A DNA stretch of 64,000 nt from Mobula hypostoma. Taxonomy: Eukaryota. Location: contig NC_086097.1 of NCBI RefSeq assembly GCF_963921235.1, positions 166,038,001-166,102,000 on the forward strand. Direction: 5' to 3'. This document shows positions 1 through 12,669 of this stretch, in pieces. Within the stretch, counting starts at the first letter, position 1; every line of letters begins with the position of its first letter. The notes below the pieces were generated by a model. That model was not told the DNA's origin, did no database searches, and was given only the letters and a program-made list of their open reading frames with translations. The position numbers and the translations under genes are program-made.

Positions 1-570
1 TAAAAGAATTTAACAGAGATGAATGCAAGATATTAAGATTGGGAATGAAAATAATCAGAATTTTATGCTGGGAGAGTTGCTGAATCCAAAAGCAAAATTG
101 GAATCACAACCAGAAAGCAAAATCTGGAGCTATTTAGCTAGAAGTAACAGAAAGTCACCTGATATCATAAACACACGGGATTCTGCATATGCTGGAAATC
201 CAGAGTAACACATACAAAGTGCTGGAGGAATTCAGTAGGTTGGGCAGCATCAATGGAAAGGAATAAACAGTTAAATTCTTGGCCCAAGGCCCTTTATCAG
301 GACCTGAAACTGCCTGACCTGCTGAGTTCCTCCAGCATTTTGTATGGTTCCTTTGCTATGATAATGTGTTTGAAAATATACATATATGTCTGCACCTACA
401 GTACGAGATATAATCCTGCACAGAGAATTGCAAAGGAGGATATAAACAGAATGGGAAATATTAACAGACTGATGCCCAGCTTAACAACACTCAAAGAAGA
501 GATTGAAGCCTTCAGTGTGTATTGTTTTGAAAAGAAGCATCAGCAAATACAGTACATTTATCATTATTTT
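1..570 (+). mobile_element. Very old CR1/L2-type LINE ORF2 remnant, interrupted by a pLTR hairpin at ~169-350
   Basis: One frame reads FNRDECKILRLG (cf. CR1 FNxDKCKVLHLG). Later KEDINRM..RLMPSL and FSVYCFEKKH follow the CR1 C-terminal pattern. Heavily decayed. Confidence 0.4.
169..350. repeat. Penelope pLTR-derived hairpin insertion
   Basis: Antisense pLTR arm (gattctgcatatgctggaaatcc...) followed by a shorter sense arm (ctgcctgacctgctgagttcctccagcattttg). Same family as the 3' ends of the PLEs at 38.8 and 48.8 kb. Confidence 0.75.
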
Positions 571-732
571 AAGCTTTAATAGTCTGGGTTCATTGAAACC
601 CAGTTACAGAGAAAACAGACATTCTTGAAACAGAGATCTGAGGCTTTGAGGAATGAAAGTCGAGAATGTGCGGAATGTAAATCAAATAGCGTAGAACTTG
701 ATAGATTATTTAAACCAATATGCAGTTGATAG

Positions 733-835
733 GAAGAGAAAATCTGCAGATGCTGGAAATCCAAGCAACACACACAAAATGCTGGAGGAACTCAGCAGGC
801 CAGGCAGCATCTATGGAAAAGAGTAAACAGTCGAC
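733..835 (-). repeat. Penelope pLTR 3' fragment
   Basis: aatctgcagatgctggaaatccaagcaacacacacaaaatgctggaggaactcagcaggcc is the reverse complement of the tail at 4200-4285. Confidence 0.8.
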
Positions 836-2359
836 ACAGGACAAATCCAATCCAATCCACTGTCCAATCAGTCTATTCTCAATCATCATCAAAATGATGG
901 AAATGGCTCATCAACAGGGAAATCAAACGGACATACTCACCAATAACCAAAAATATCAGGATTACCCTGCTTGCAGACCGAATCACAGCCTTGGTTCAGA
1001 CATAGACCTAGGAACTAAAGTCCAGAGGTGATGTGAGTGTGACTGCCCTTGACATCAAAGAAGTACTCCACAGTGTGTGGCATCTTGAAAGCCTAGACTG
1101 AAGTCAGTGGGCACCATAGATAAACACTCCAATGAATGGAGTCATATCACACACAGAGGAAAGTGGTTGTGTTTAATAGAGGTAAGTCATTCCAGCCGCT
1201 GGACATCATTGCAGGAGTGCCTTAGGATGTTGTCCTAGATTCAGCTGTTCCACTACTGACATTTCTTTTATCATAAAATCAGAATTAGGGATATTAGCTG
1301 GTGCTTTTGTTCAGTTCTATCCCCAACTTCTCAATAAATGAAACAGCCACTGTCTGAATGCAACATGACCAAGACAGTCTCTCCTAGAATGTGTGCAAGA
1401 CTAGACAAACTCAGGCATGGGATGATAAGTGTCAAGTGACCGTCTTCAAGGGTGAGCCCAGCCACTTGTCATCTTCAGTTACCATGAAGCAAATGGATCA
1501 ACCACATAAATCCTTCTCAGCCACTAAGGAAAATCTGCTTCTCCTCTGGTCTTGTGAGTTTTGAGCTCATAGAGTCATAGAACATTACAACACAGAAACA
1601 GGGCCTTCTGCCCACCCAATCTGTGCAGAACCATTATTCTACCTAGTCCCATCGAACTGCATCTGGACTATAGCCCTTCATACTCCTCCCATCCATGTAC
1701 CTTATCCAAATTTCAATTAAATATTGAAATCGACCCTGCATCCAACACCTGCGCTGCCAGCTCATTCCATACTCTCACCATTCTCTGAGTGAAAAAGCTC
1801 CCCCTCATGTTCCCCTTAAACATTTCACCTTTCACCCTTAACCTATGACCTCTAGTCGTCATCTCAGTGGAAAAAGGCTGCTTGTATTTACCCTATCTAT
1901 TCCCCTCATAATTTTGTATACCCTGTCAAATCTCCCCTCAGTCTTCCACATTTTAGGGAATAAGGTCCTCAAGTCCTGGCAACATCCTTGTACGTATTCA
2001 CTACACTCTTTCAATCTTATTTACACCTTTCTTGTAGGTAGGTGACCAAAACTGCACACAATACTCCTACCCTGGTTGGTTTTCCCAAAGTGCAATGCCC
2101 ATACTTGCCTGCATTAAATTCTATCTGCCATTTTTCAGTTGGTGCAGATCCCACTGCAAGCTTTGATAGCCTTGCTCGCTGTCTACAACACTCCCAATTT
2201 AAGGGTCATCTGTGAATTTTCTGATCCAGTTAACTACATTATCATCCAGATCATTGATACAGATGACAAGCAACAATGGACCCAGCACTGATCCTGTGGC
2301 ACTCCACTAGTCACAGGCCTCCAGTCAGAGAGGCAACCATTTACTACAACTATGACTGG

Positions 2360-4288
2360 CAGCACCTCCAGGCTGGGAATTTATATGGTGCTGCTGGAAC
2401 ACCAGTCTCCCCTTCTCCCACCACCCCTCTGCAATCCCGGGTCTCTCAGGTCTCACCGTCAACTCTTGGGTCCTCGGAGACTCCACCTTCCTCTCACCCC
2501 ACCTTCCCTGAACATCCCAACCCTCCCCCTCCTCTGCCACCATCAACCCCCTTCCCCCCTCTTCTCATAGCTCTCATCCGGATTGGTCTTCACCGTCTCT
2601 TCTACCTTCCCCTCTCTGAGGCAGAACATTCTATCCTCAGTAAGACCTTACTGTCCCCCGTACCCACATCTCAGTGAGTTTCTTGGCCACCACAATGCTG
2701 AGCTCTTCTTCTACGACCTCTGTCTCTGAACCTTCTTCTTTGGCAAGGACTCTCCACTCTGCACTGATGACCCCTTCTCCTACCTTCAACCATCCTCCTC
2801 TTCCCGGACACCCAGCTCTGGTTTTCTGCCTGCTCTGGATCTTTTCATTGCTAACAGCTGTTGAGACATCAACAGTCTTGACTTCACCATTCTTCTCTCC
2901 ATTTCTGACCTCACTCCTTCCGAATGCACTGCTCTCCACTTTCCCTGCACTAATACTAGCCTCACCATCAAACCCGCAGATAAGAGGGGGGCTGTACTAG
3001 TCTGGCAGACCAACCTCTACCAGGCGACAACTGTCAGACAACTCCTCTTACTTATCTCTCGAACAGGACCCCACTAAGGAGCACCAGGCCATTGTCTCCC
3101 ACAGCATTACCAACCTTACCTCTGGGGATCTCCCATCCACCCCCACCAACCTCATAGTTTCCTCACCTCGCACTTTCCTTTTCTACCTCCTACCCAAGAT
3201 CCATAAACCTGCCTGTCTAGGTAGACCTATTATTTCTCCTTGTTCCTGCCTCACCAAACTTACATTATCATACCTTGACTCAGTTTTGATCCCCCTCCCC
3301 CCCCCCCACATTTCAGTCCCTTTCTACCAACATCTGAGATACTTCACACACTCTTGATCTTTTCAGTGATTTCAAGTTCCCTGGCCCCGATCATCTTATT
3401 TTCACCATGGATGTCCAGTCCTTATATACCTCCATCCCCCACCAGGAAGGCCTTAAAGCTCTCCATTTCTTTCTGGACACCAGACCCAACCAGTTCCCCT
3501 CCACTGCCACTCTCCTCCGTCTGGTGGAACTGGACCTTACTCTCAATAATTTCTCATTTGTCTCCTCCCACTTCCTTTAAATAGAAGGTGTAGCTATAGG
3601 CACCTACATGGGTCCCAGCTATGCCTGCCTTTTGGGTGGCTACGTGGAAAAGTCACTCCCCAACTTTTCCTCTGCTACATTGACAACTGCATTGGTGCTG
3701 CTTCCTGCGCCCATGTAGAACTCGTCGACTTAATCAACATTACTTCCCACTTCCACCCTGCCCTCAAATTTACCTAGTCCATTTCCAACACCTCCTTCCC
3801 CTTTCTCGATCTCTCTGCCTCCATCTCTGGAAAGAGCTTATCTACTGATATCTTTTATAATCTCCCTGATCCTCACAGTTACCTGGACTATGCCTTTTCC
3901 GATCCTGTTACTTGTAAAAATGCCATTCACTTCTTTCAATTCCTCCATCTCTGCTGCATTGGCTCTCAGGATGAGGCTTTTTATTCCAGAACTAAGGAGA
4001 TTTACTCCTTCTTCAAAGAAAGGGGCTTCCCTTCCTCCACCCTCAACACTGCCTTCACCTACATTTCTTCTATTTTACACATGTCTGCACTCACCCTGTT
4101 GCCATCCTGCCAGAGATGGGGTTTCTCTTGTCCTCGCCTACCACATCACCAGTCCTGATGAAGGGTCTCGGCCCAATACGTTGACTGTTTACTCTTTTCC
4201 ATAGTTGCTGCCTGGCCTGCTGAGCTCCTCCAGCATTTTATGTGTTTTGCTTGGATTTCCAGCGTCTGTAGATTTTTTCTTGTTTGTG
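2360..4288 (+). mobile_element. Old degenerate Penelope-like element (RT region, internal deletion, pLTR with decayed hammerhead)
   Basis: Nucleotide similarity to the 37 and 47 kb PLEs (ggtgtagctataggcacctacatgggtcccagctatgcc; ctacattgacaactgcattggtgctgc). Jumps at ~4150 to the pLTR cagtcctgatgaagggtctcggccc. Left end approximate. Confidence 0.85.
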
Positions 4289-4558
4289 ATCTACTGGCCC
4301 GCTCTGGCTTCTCCTGTAAAGCCAATGTCTAATCCAATTTACTACCTCATTTTGAATGCAAAGTGACTGAACCTTCTTGACCAGCCTCCCATGCGGGACC
4401 TTGTCAAGTGCCTTGCTAAAGTGCATGTAGACAACATCCACTGGCTTCCCTTCGTCCACATTTCTGGTAACTTACTCGAAAAACTCCATAAGATTGGTTA
4501 GATGTGACTTACCAAAACCATGTTGACTATCTCTAATCAGTCCCTATCTATCCAAATA

Positions 4559-6147
4559 TAGGTTTCCCCTGCCATCCGAAGGTACAGTGTTCCTATGAAA
4601 TGGTTCGTAAGCCGAAATGTCGTAAAGCGAAGAAGCAATTACCATTTAATTATATGGGAAAATATTGTGGGCGTTCGCAGACCCAAAAATAACGTACCAA
4701 ATCATGCCAAATAACACATAAAACCTAAAATAGCAGTAACACATAGTAAAAGCAGGAATGATATGATAAATACACAGCCTATATAAAGTAGAAATATTTT
4801 TCCACAATCATTGCCTGAACTGTTCTCCGTAGCGAAAATCTCACGCAAGTACTGTCGGCAGAAAATCTCACACAAGCGCTGTTGGCAAGAACACTCTCTC
4901 CAGTAACCTTTAAGCTATGAAGTTGCCAAATCATACCAAATAACACATAAAAATACACAGCCTGTATAAAGTAGAAATAATGTATGTACAGTGTAGTATC
5001 ACTTACGGGAATCGGGAAGATAACTTGCCGAGCACACTGATGATGGTGTGTTAGACTGAGTCGGAGTTTGGGTGGTGCAGTGGCCCCCACCCTCCAGGCC
5101 GCTGAACAATACATTGCCGCGAAGCACGCAGGGGTCCAGCGGTAGCCGGGAAGCACACAGCACATCTTTAAGAAAAAAGCCGAAATAAACGTGCTAATTA
5201 ATTAGGTGCCGCCCGACACATAATTGTCGGCCCAGATCAGTGCTGATTTCCAATTGCATCGCCTCTGATCTGGGCCGACAATTACGTGTCGGCGGCACCT
5301 AATCAATTAGCATGTTTATTTTGGCTTTTTTCTTAAAGATGTCCTGTGTGCCTCCCGGCTACTGCTGCATTCTCCGCGAATCGGTATCTGTCCGTGGCCT
5401 GGGGGTTGGGGTGGTGGGACACTGGAGTGTCATCTCTTCGTCTGTTTCCATCAGGCAGGCAGCTCATCTTCTCCTATGACTGCTCGCCTCGATGTCGAAG
5501 GTCAAGGTTCGTCGTCTGCTGTGGCTGATGTGGAAGGCTTGCTCGACTGCTGAGCCTCGTGCATTTTTCTGTCACACAGTTCTTTAATAAGGACTCAAAC
5601 CATCCTGCAAATATCTCCTAAAACCGACGTACCCTTTCAAAATTAAATTCGTACTTTATCATTACTCATTCGGTTTTGATTGTTATCCTTTTTTCTTCCA
5701 ATTGCATCAGCTCTTCATCTGTCAGTTCTTGGTGATGGGATGCCAAAACCTCTTCAACATCATGTTCGTCAGCTTCCACAAGCCAAACTCACTTTGTTCT
5801 TACTTCGTTCACCACAATCAAAACGCTTAATTATGTCTAGTTTTACACTAAGTGTAACACCCTTACCAGCTCTTTCAGGCTTTTCCGATACCATAGAACT
5901 CATCTTGCAAACAACTGCACACAGGCATGTGTTTAAGCAACGCCGGCGAGAATGCAGTTCCGAATCCGCGGGAGAGCGGCTGCTCGGGACGCGCACTGCC
6001 TTTTATCGTGCACTGATTTTTTCATGCGCTGAATTTTTTTTCGTAACAGTGAACACACCTTCTGTTAGCGAAAACAGGGTACTAATGTAGGTCTTTCGTA
6101 ACAGTGAGGTTTCGTAAAGCGAACGTTCGAAAAGCGGGGGACACCTG
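4559..6147 (-). mobile_element. Non-autonomous Tigger/pogo (Tc1-mariner) DNA transposon
   Basis: TA at 4557-58 and 6148-49. Imperfect TIRs taggtttcccctgc / gcgggggacacctg. Transposase HTH stub KGVTLSVKLDIIKRFDCGER at 5769-5900 (minus). Host CR1 sequence rejoins across the TA. Confidence 0.85.
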
Positions 6148-6612
6148 TACTTATATATCTGATCCCTTGGAATACCTTCCAAAAACACTCCCATTCCTGA
6201 TGTCAGGCTCATCAGCCTATAATTTCTTGGCTTCTTCTTAAAGCCTTTCTTTAACAATGGAATAACATTAATTATCCTCCAATCCTCTAGCACCTCAATT
6301 ATGGCTAAGGATGTTTTAAATATCTCTGCTAGGGCCCGTGAAATTTCTGCACTGGTCTCCCACAGGGTCTGAGAGAACTCCTTGTTCAGGCCCTGAGGAT
6401 TTTTCCCCCCTAACTTGCCTCAGAATGGCAAACACCTCCTCCTCTGTAATCTGTATAGGGTCCATACCTCACTGCGGCATTGCCTCTCATCCATAGACTC
6501 TTTGTCCATCTCCTGAGTTAATACAGATGTGAATAATTTATTTTAAATATCCCCTATCTCTTTTGGCTCCAGAGGACCAATTTTGTCATGTTATCCTTTT
6601 GCTCTTAATATA

Positions 6613-6755
6613 CAGTATTGTGCAAAAGTCTTAGGTGCATATATATAGCTAGGGTATTGTCCACACAAAAAGTAATGCATAAAGTTACTATAATACTGTG
6701 CAAAAGTCTGAGACATCCTAGCTATGTACATGTACCTAAAACTTTTGTACAGTAC
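6613..6755. mobile_element. Tc1/mariner-type mini-MITE
   Basis: cagtattgtgcaaaagtcttagg ... cctaaaacttttgtacagtac inverted ends after TA. Same family as 51126-51192. Confidence 0.65.
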
Positions 6756-7454
6756 CCTTCACCTTGTTTCCGAGAGCAATTTCATGTCTTCTCTTAGCAC
6801 TCCTGATTTCCTTCTTAAGTGTTCTCTTGCATTTCTTATACTCTTCAATTACCTAATTTGTTCCTGCCTGCCTATACCTGTTCTGCACCTCCTCCTTTTT
6901 CTTAATCAAGCCCTCAGTATCTCTTGAAAGCCAAGGTTCTCTAAATCTGTTATCCTTGCCTTTCATTTTGATGGGAACATACAAAACTCTCTTCTCTCAA
7001 AATTTCACCTTTGAAGGCCTGCTGCTTACCAATTACATCTTCACTAGAAACCAACCTGTTCCAATCCACACTTGCCAGACCATTTCTGATACCATCAAAA
7101 TTGTCCTCTCTCCAACTTAGAATCTCAAACCCAGGACCAGATTTATCCTTTTCCACAATTACCATGAAACTAATGCATTATGATCACTAGGTGCAATGTG
7201 TTCCTGACACATGCTTCTGTCACCCACCCTATCTCATTGCCTAATCTCGTAATTCTAAATCCTCACACTCCCTATGCAGGAACAATGTGTGAGAGCCTTA
7301 ACCTAAAGGTTGAAAAGATTACCCTGGTATCAATTTCTCATAGGCATTTAGGGATGGGCATTAACTACTGGCCATGTCACTAACTCTCACATCTCCAAAA
7401 ATAATGTATAAAAAAGCAAGAAGCTCCTCTTATTCAGGACACTATGCAGAACAA

Positions 7455-7740
7455 GCTGCGTTATAGTGTAGTGGTTGGTGGAATGATTGACAGTACCAGC
7501 AATGAGGGTTCAATTCTCACCATTATCTGTAGGAAGTTTTATGTTTTCCTTGTGACCACATGGGTTTTGTTGGGATGTTCTGGTTTCCTCCCACATTCAG
7601 GTTAGGGTTAGTAAGTTGTGGGCATGCTATGTTAGCATTGGAAGCAGAGTGACAACTTTGAGATGCGCCCTGCACATCCTCTGACTGTGTTGGTCATAGA
7701 GGAAAACAACACGTTTTACAGTACACTTTGATGTTTCGAT
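7455..7740 (+). repeat. tRNA-derived SINE (V-SINE/HE1-like), decayed
   Basis: A-box-like gtgtagtggtt, B-box-like gggttcaattc, and V-domain-like tgggtttt..tggtttcctcccacattc. Confidence 0.6.
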
Positions 7741-8239
7741 GTATAATAGTTATAATACATTTAAACTTGTCCCGTAATGCAGGCCACTTAATGTGTAAGG
7801 GTGTTGAAATGAAATACAGTACATGACTTAGCAGAAAATAGCTTCTTTAGATGGTTTAATTTAATTGCAACTGCCCAAGAAGATGGTAGAGGTAGGTACA
7901 CTCCCAACATTTAAGAAGGATGTGGACAAGTACTAGAATGGCCAGGGCATAGTACGATAAATACTGAGTACTGGTAAGTAGAATTAGTATAGATGGATAC
8001 TCAATGGTCAGCATAGATACAGTGGGCCAAAGGGCCTGTTTCTGTGCTGTATGACTCTGTGTCAAGATAATACATACAAAAAGGGATTGAAAAGATTCTG
8101 GTAATTCCAGACTTCTTCATTCTTACTTGTTTGATTGTCAATTGCTTGTGGGAGTCATCAGCCTGCTTAAAAAGCATCATCTACCACTATTTCTGAAAGA
8201 AATAATAGAGGTAAATTAATGTTGTAATCTAGGCTGGCT

Positions 8240-8620
8240 CTGTTATAGGAGTCAAACTGGACACACTGGAGGCTGTGGTAGAACAAAGGACCCTATGGTA
8301 AAACCTGGCAATTCTGGACAATGTTACTTATTCTTTGCGAGCTGCCTTGGTCGAACAGGGGAGCACTTTCAGTAATAGACTCAGACACCTATATTGCCAA
8401 AGAGCGTCATATGAAGTTGTTCTTAACCTTGGTCATTAGGCTTTATAATGAGTCAACCTATAGATGGGGAGGTGATGACCCCCTCCTGTTACACTGTTAG
8501 AGGTAATTTTTTTAAATTCTTTCTTACTTCTCTTCTAACATTTGTTTATTTGTATATCTGTGCACTTGTAATGCTACTGGACACTGTAATTTCCTTTGGG
8601 ATCAATAAAGTATCTATCCA
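8240..8620 (+). mobile_element. Rex1/Babar LINE 3' fragment
   Basis: Resembles the Rex-type 3' end at 59970-60470. Ends gggatcaataaagtatctatc. Confidence 0.55.
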
Positions 8621-8841
8621 TCTAGGAAAATAATTTTGGTTTACCCAGAGGTAGTGCTGTCTTGATAACAAGAAGTGGAAATGGTTTAGTCTATCCCTTT
8701 AAATATCAAGTCATCAATTTACTGGGCTGGTCTTTGGCTCATTGTCAATTTGGTTAGAAATATAATGAATTGAGCTCTAGAAGGGCTTTACATTCATCCA
8801 CTTCATGACTGTGAGCAGGAAAAGGAAGAATAATACTTCCA

Positions 8842-9145
8842 AATAACACACACAAAATGCTGGAAGAACTCAGCAGGCCAGGCAGCACCTATGGAAAAAG
8901 GAACAGTTGACGATTTGGGTCGAGGCCCTTCAGCAGGACTGGTGGGAAAAAAGATGAGGAGTAGCTTTAAAAGGTGGGGGAGGGGAGAGAAGAAAATCTG
9001 CAGATGCTGGAAATCCAAGCAACACACACAAAATGCCGGAGGAACTCAGCAGGCCAGGCAGCATCTTTGGAAAAAGGTACAGTTGACGTTTCGGGTTGAG
9101 AGAAAACCTGCAGATGCTGGAAGTCCAAGCAATACACATATTGTT
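8842..9145 (-). repeat. Tandem array of three partial Penelope pLTRs
   Basis: Three head-to-tail pLTR pieces starting at ~8843, ~8990 and ~9100. Flanked by the 13-bp direct repeat aataatacttcca at 8829-8841 and 10139-10151. Confidence 0.8.
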
Positions 9146-10100
9146 GTGTACATACATCTATTGATGCTTCTGGACACATCTTCAGTGATGTTCCTGGAAT
9201 CATCGGATGTTTCGGGTCTTTCAACATCATACAACCTCCTCCAGGTGACCCAGCCGGGGCTGATCAGACCCCAGCTTGTGTCCAAATGGCTAGCTACTTA
9301 TGACTCCATGGCTCCCCTCTTTTGAGCCACAGCCATCTTGAGGCCCTCTCTGCCGCATCGGTGGTACTGCGGATGGCTCTCCTCTTCCTCTCTCCCTCGA
9401 TGCCCAAAATGCTGAAGGCTCTAACTAAAGAATGGGCTACGAATCCCCTACAACCAACCTCCACTGGGAAGATGTTTTGGAGCCTTCCTTCTCCTCTTCT
9501 CCAAACCGTTCCGCTGTGATACTAACAATAATTGTTGTCATGGTTTGCAGCTTCCTATCAACCCCTCCCTTTGCCGTTGCCTCCAGAATTTGGTTAACAT
9601 CTTCATCAAACTGCTTCCACAGTGAAGTCATGTTAGCTGCAGGCCATTTGATCCGCCTCCTGTTAGACTTCATGTTAGAGGGATTAGTTTGCAACACTTG
9701 GAGGTTCTGGGCACTATGGGGTGACTCCGGGCCTGGCCCCTCCTTCGTCTCACCAGGTTGGATACCTGCGCGTTGTGCTGCTCCTGCTCCCACCAAACAC
9801 TTCATCCTCGCTTGGTGGATCTTCAAGCCGCGATCGTTCTTGCAGATTTTGCCACATGCATACTGCTTCCTCATCATTGTTTGTTCATCGCCTGGGTCTG
9901 ATGTCGTTGTGTCCATCCGACTGAGGTGCTCATCCCCCCCACCCTCTCGGGCACCCCTGGGGGTATCTTTTCCTTAGATTCTTTGTGGCTTCTGTGGGGG
10001 TCCTCCTTTCAGAGGACACAGATTGGGTTGCCAGCCCGTTCTGCCCTGGTTGCCGTCTCTCCGGGCTGTCACTGACTCTCCAGTCGTGACCACTCTTTTC
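9146..10100 (-). mobile_element. Internally deleted HERO-like (REL-endonuclease, R2/NeSL group) non-LTR element
   Basis: N-terminal zinc finger CGKICKNDRGLKIHQARMKC and RIKWPAAN..WKQFDEDV (ORF 9437-9916). Joined at ~9463 to the C-terminal VEVGCRGFVAHS..AAERASRWLWLKR* (stop 9294-96). No RT. 24-bp TSD at 9122-9145 / 10115-10138 (1 mismatch). Confidence 0.8.
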
Positions 10101-12669
10101 GTTAATAATACTTCAGTCCAAGCAATACGCATATTGTTAATAATACTTCCACTAGCCTTTCAGTTGGGAGATTTGGGGAGGTGGGGAAGAAAATACTTTA
10201 CGAATTTAGATGAAGAAATGAATAAGTGTCTCTGTAAGTATAGGGAAGGTGGAACAGATTGTCATGTAAAAAAACTGAACAGGGAAAATGAAGTGTGTTC
10301 CAATGTCGAGAAATGAATAATATGGTAATGTTCATGGTTTCATGATCTGTTCAGAAATCCAATGGTGGAGGGAAGTGTGGGTCTTCAGGATCCTGTACCT
10401 CCTCCCTGGTTGTAGTGAAGAGCAGGGGACATGGCCTTGATGGTGTGGGTCCTCAGCGATGGATGCCACCTTCTTGTGGTACAGCCTCTTGATGACATCC
10501 TTGATGGTGGAGGGTGGAGTGAGTTGTGCACTTGACGGAGGTAGCAGAGTCTATAATCCTGCACATTGGAGCATCCATACCATGCTGTAAAACTCTTCAC
10601 CATACATCTGCAGAGATTTCTAAGAGTCTTTGGTGACATATTGAAACTGCTCAAACTCCTAGCTCCTAACAAATGCACCATCATTGTACTTCTCAGTAAA
10701 TTTAGCAAGACATGGACTAAGTTCAGGCATGTCCTAATGGTGAATGTAAGATTGGTGGGTGTCAAGCTGGATTCAGCCCATTAATATAAATACTAACAGT
10801 TAACACAGCCTGATTTCCCATCAATAATACAGAACCTCTGAATAAACACAGCTGATTACCCAGCACCTCTTAGGGAGATGGCTCAGGAGCGATTTCATAT
10901 AGGTCAACACTGAGAATTTTTATGTAGTTACCAGTGGTGATAAAAAAAAGCAAACAATGATGGAATGGAATTTCTTAAAAAAATAAAATCATAGATTTAT
11001 GCCTAATTATCAGTATGAATTTAATCAACATATACCATTCTTTCCATTGTGTGGTAATCTGACTGAAATCAATTTAGGAACTTCAAATTATAATTCACAT
11101 GAGGCCGGGAGACTTGTAGGTTTGAGATCTATTTTAAAAGTGAATAAAATAAAGATTCAAACAGCTTAAATTAAGAAATCAGCAAATGGTCTGCATATTT
11201 TATAATCAGCCTGGATTAACAATGCAATTTTCCAATTTCTTTTTAGAAACTCATTAGATAGTTGCGCCTACCAGTGCGCTTTTGAATTCTCTACAAGAGA
11301 TTTGTTCTAGCCTAGTTGAGGAGGTTTCTTTGTCCCATTCAGCTGAGAGTATCTGTGGACATGAAACATATTTATCTGCAGATATAAATCAGGATTTTCC
11401 TGCTCTGTGACAACATGCGTTTCTCTGGCTGGAATGAACAATCTGTATAACAAATGGAAAAGTTTTGGAAAATGATTATTTATTGCCAAATATAGCTTCA
11501 AGAAGGGAGGATATTTCCAACTCTATCTTCCTGCTATCCATCATTCTTACTTAGAGGATGAAATGAAACTTAAACCATTTGTCAGAGACTCCTTTGACAT
11601 GCCCTTGTCAGCAAAGGACAACTGTGCTCAGGTCAAAAAATATTTTCTGGTTACAATTAGTATTAAATGTCGGTCTGGAATGTTATCAAAGGGTTTCGCT
11701 GAGTAAAAACCATTAAAAGTTTCAGAAAATGTGAGCTTTCTCCCTCTTCTGATGTCACAACCTTACACTCTTGTTTATTCTATTCTGTTGCTTCTAATCC
11801 AGAACTTTGCAGTTATTTAATCACTTTTAGACCACACACACCAATTGTATCTTGAAAGGAATCAGATAGACGTTCACATTTAACTCCAAACATTTCTTCA
11901 GGTTTGCTTTTCTTGTTTGAATTCAAATCAGGATCAAGGATCCTAAAATATAACAGAAAAAATAATGTTTCCTAGAATCAAATAATAGAATACATAACTT
12001 ACTTGGACTTACTTTTGAAGGTTTCATATTCAGCATGCAGATGCTAGGTGTAATTGCCACCTCTATTGTATGATTTCATGGTCATCTGACCTCACATCTC
12101 CACATATTCCAGCCACTTCAACATTCTTTTCCACCAAGACCTCCATTTTTAAAAACTTGTTTTCAAACAGGTTAAAAATGTGATTTAAGATGAGTTTTAT
12201 TTGTCACATGAACAGTAAACTGCATTGTTCGCAGCACATCAAATCAATGAGGATTGTATTAGGAGCAGCTTGTGAGTGTCACCATGCTTTTGATGCCAAC
12301 ATCGCAACTCACTAACCTTAACCTGTACTTCTTTGAAATGAGAACACCTACAGTAAACACATGTGGTGATGGGGAGAATATGCAATCTCCTATAGATAAC
12401 CGTGTCCTTTTATTATTTTGTTCTAGCTGCTCAGTTTATCTTTATTACCTGCAGACTCATATGCTGCTGCAAACTTCAGGTACGGGATGAGATCAAAACA
12501 CTGCTCCCAGAAGATCTCTAGGACTTTGTGACGAGTCTGGAACAGCGTACAGATATGCAGTTGAAAGATCTGACTGGTTGCATCAAAACTTGTTACGGAA
12601 ACTCTAATGCACAGGAATGCAAGAGGCCTCAAAGAGTAGTGGACTCAGCTAGTCCCATCACTGGTACAA

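Larger units (their letters stand above)
1569..7240 (-). mobile_element. Decayed CR1 LINE (ORF2 and 3' tail) split by nested PLE, Tigger and Tc1-type insertions
   Basis: CR1 peptides in order on the minus strand: LSWREDNFDGIR (6950-7165), EDWRIINVIPLLKKG..PRNYR (6150-6293), DEGKPVDVVYMHFSKALDKVPHGRL (4300-4459). (CATAGAGT)-type tail at ~1569. The reading is continuous across the insertions. Confidence 0.85.

Noticed and set aside
733..835. pLTR fragments ending near the hammerhead cleavage site (835, ~22386) as evidence of self-cleaved templates
   Set aside because: The terminal bases also resemble the left flank (cagttgata vs cagtcgaca), so a TSD or microhomology explains them equally well. 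Too few cases.
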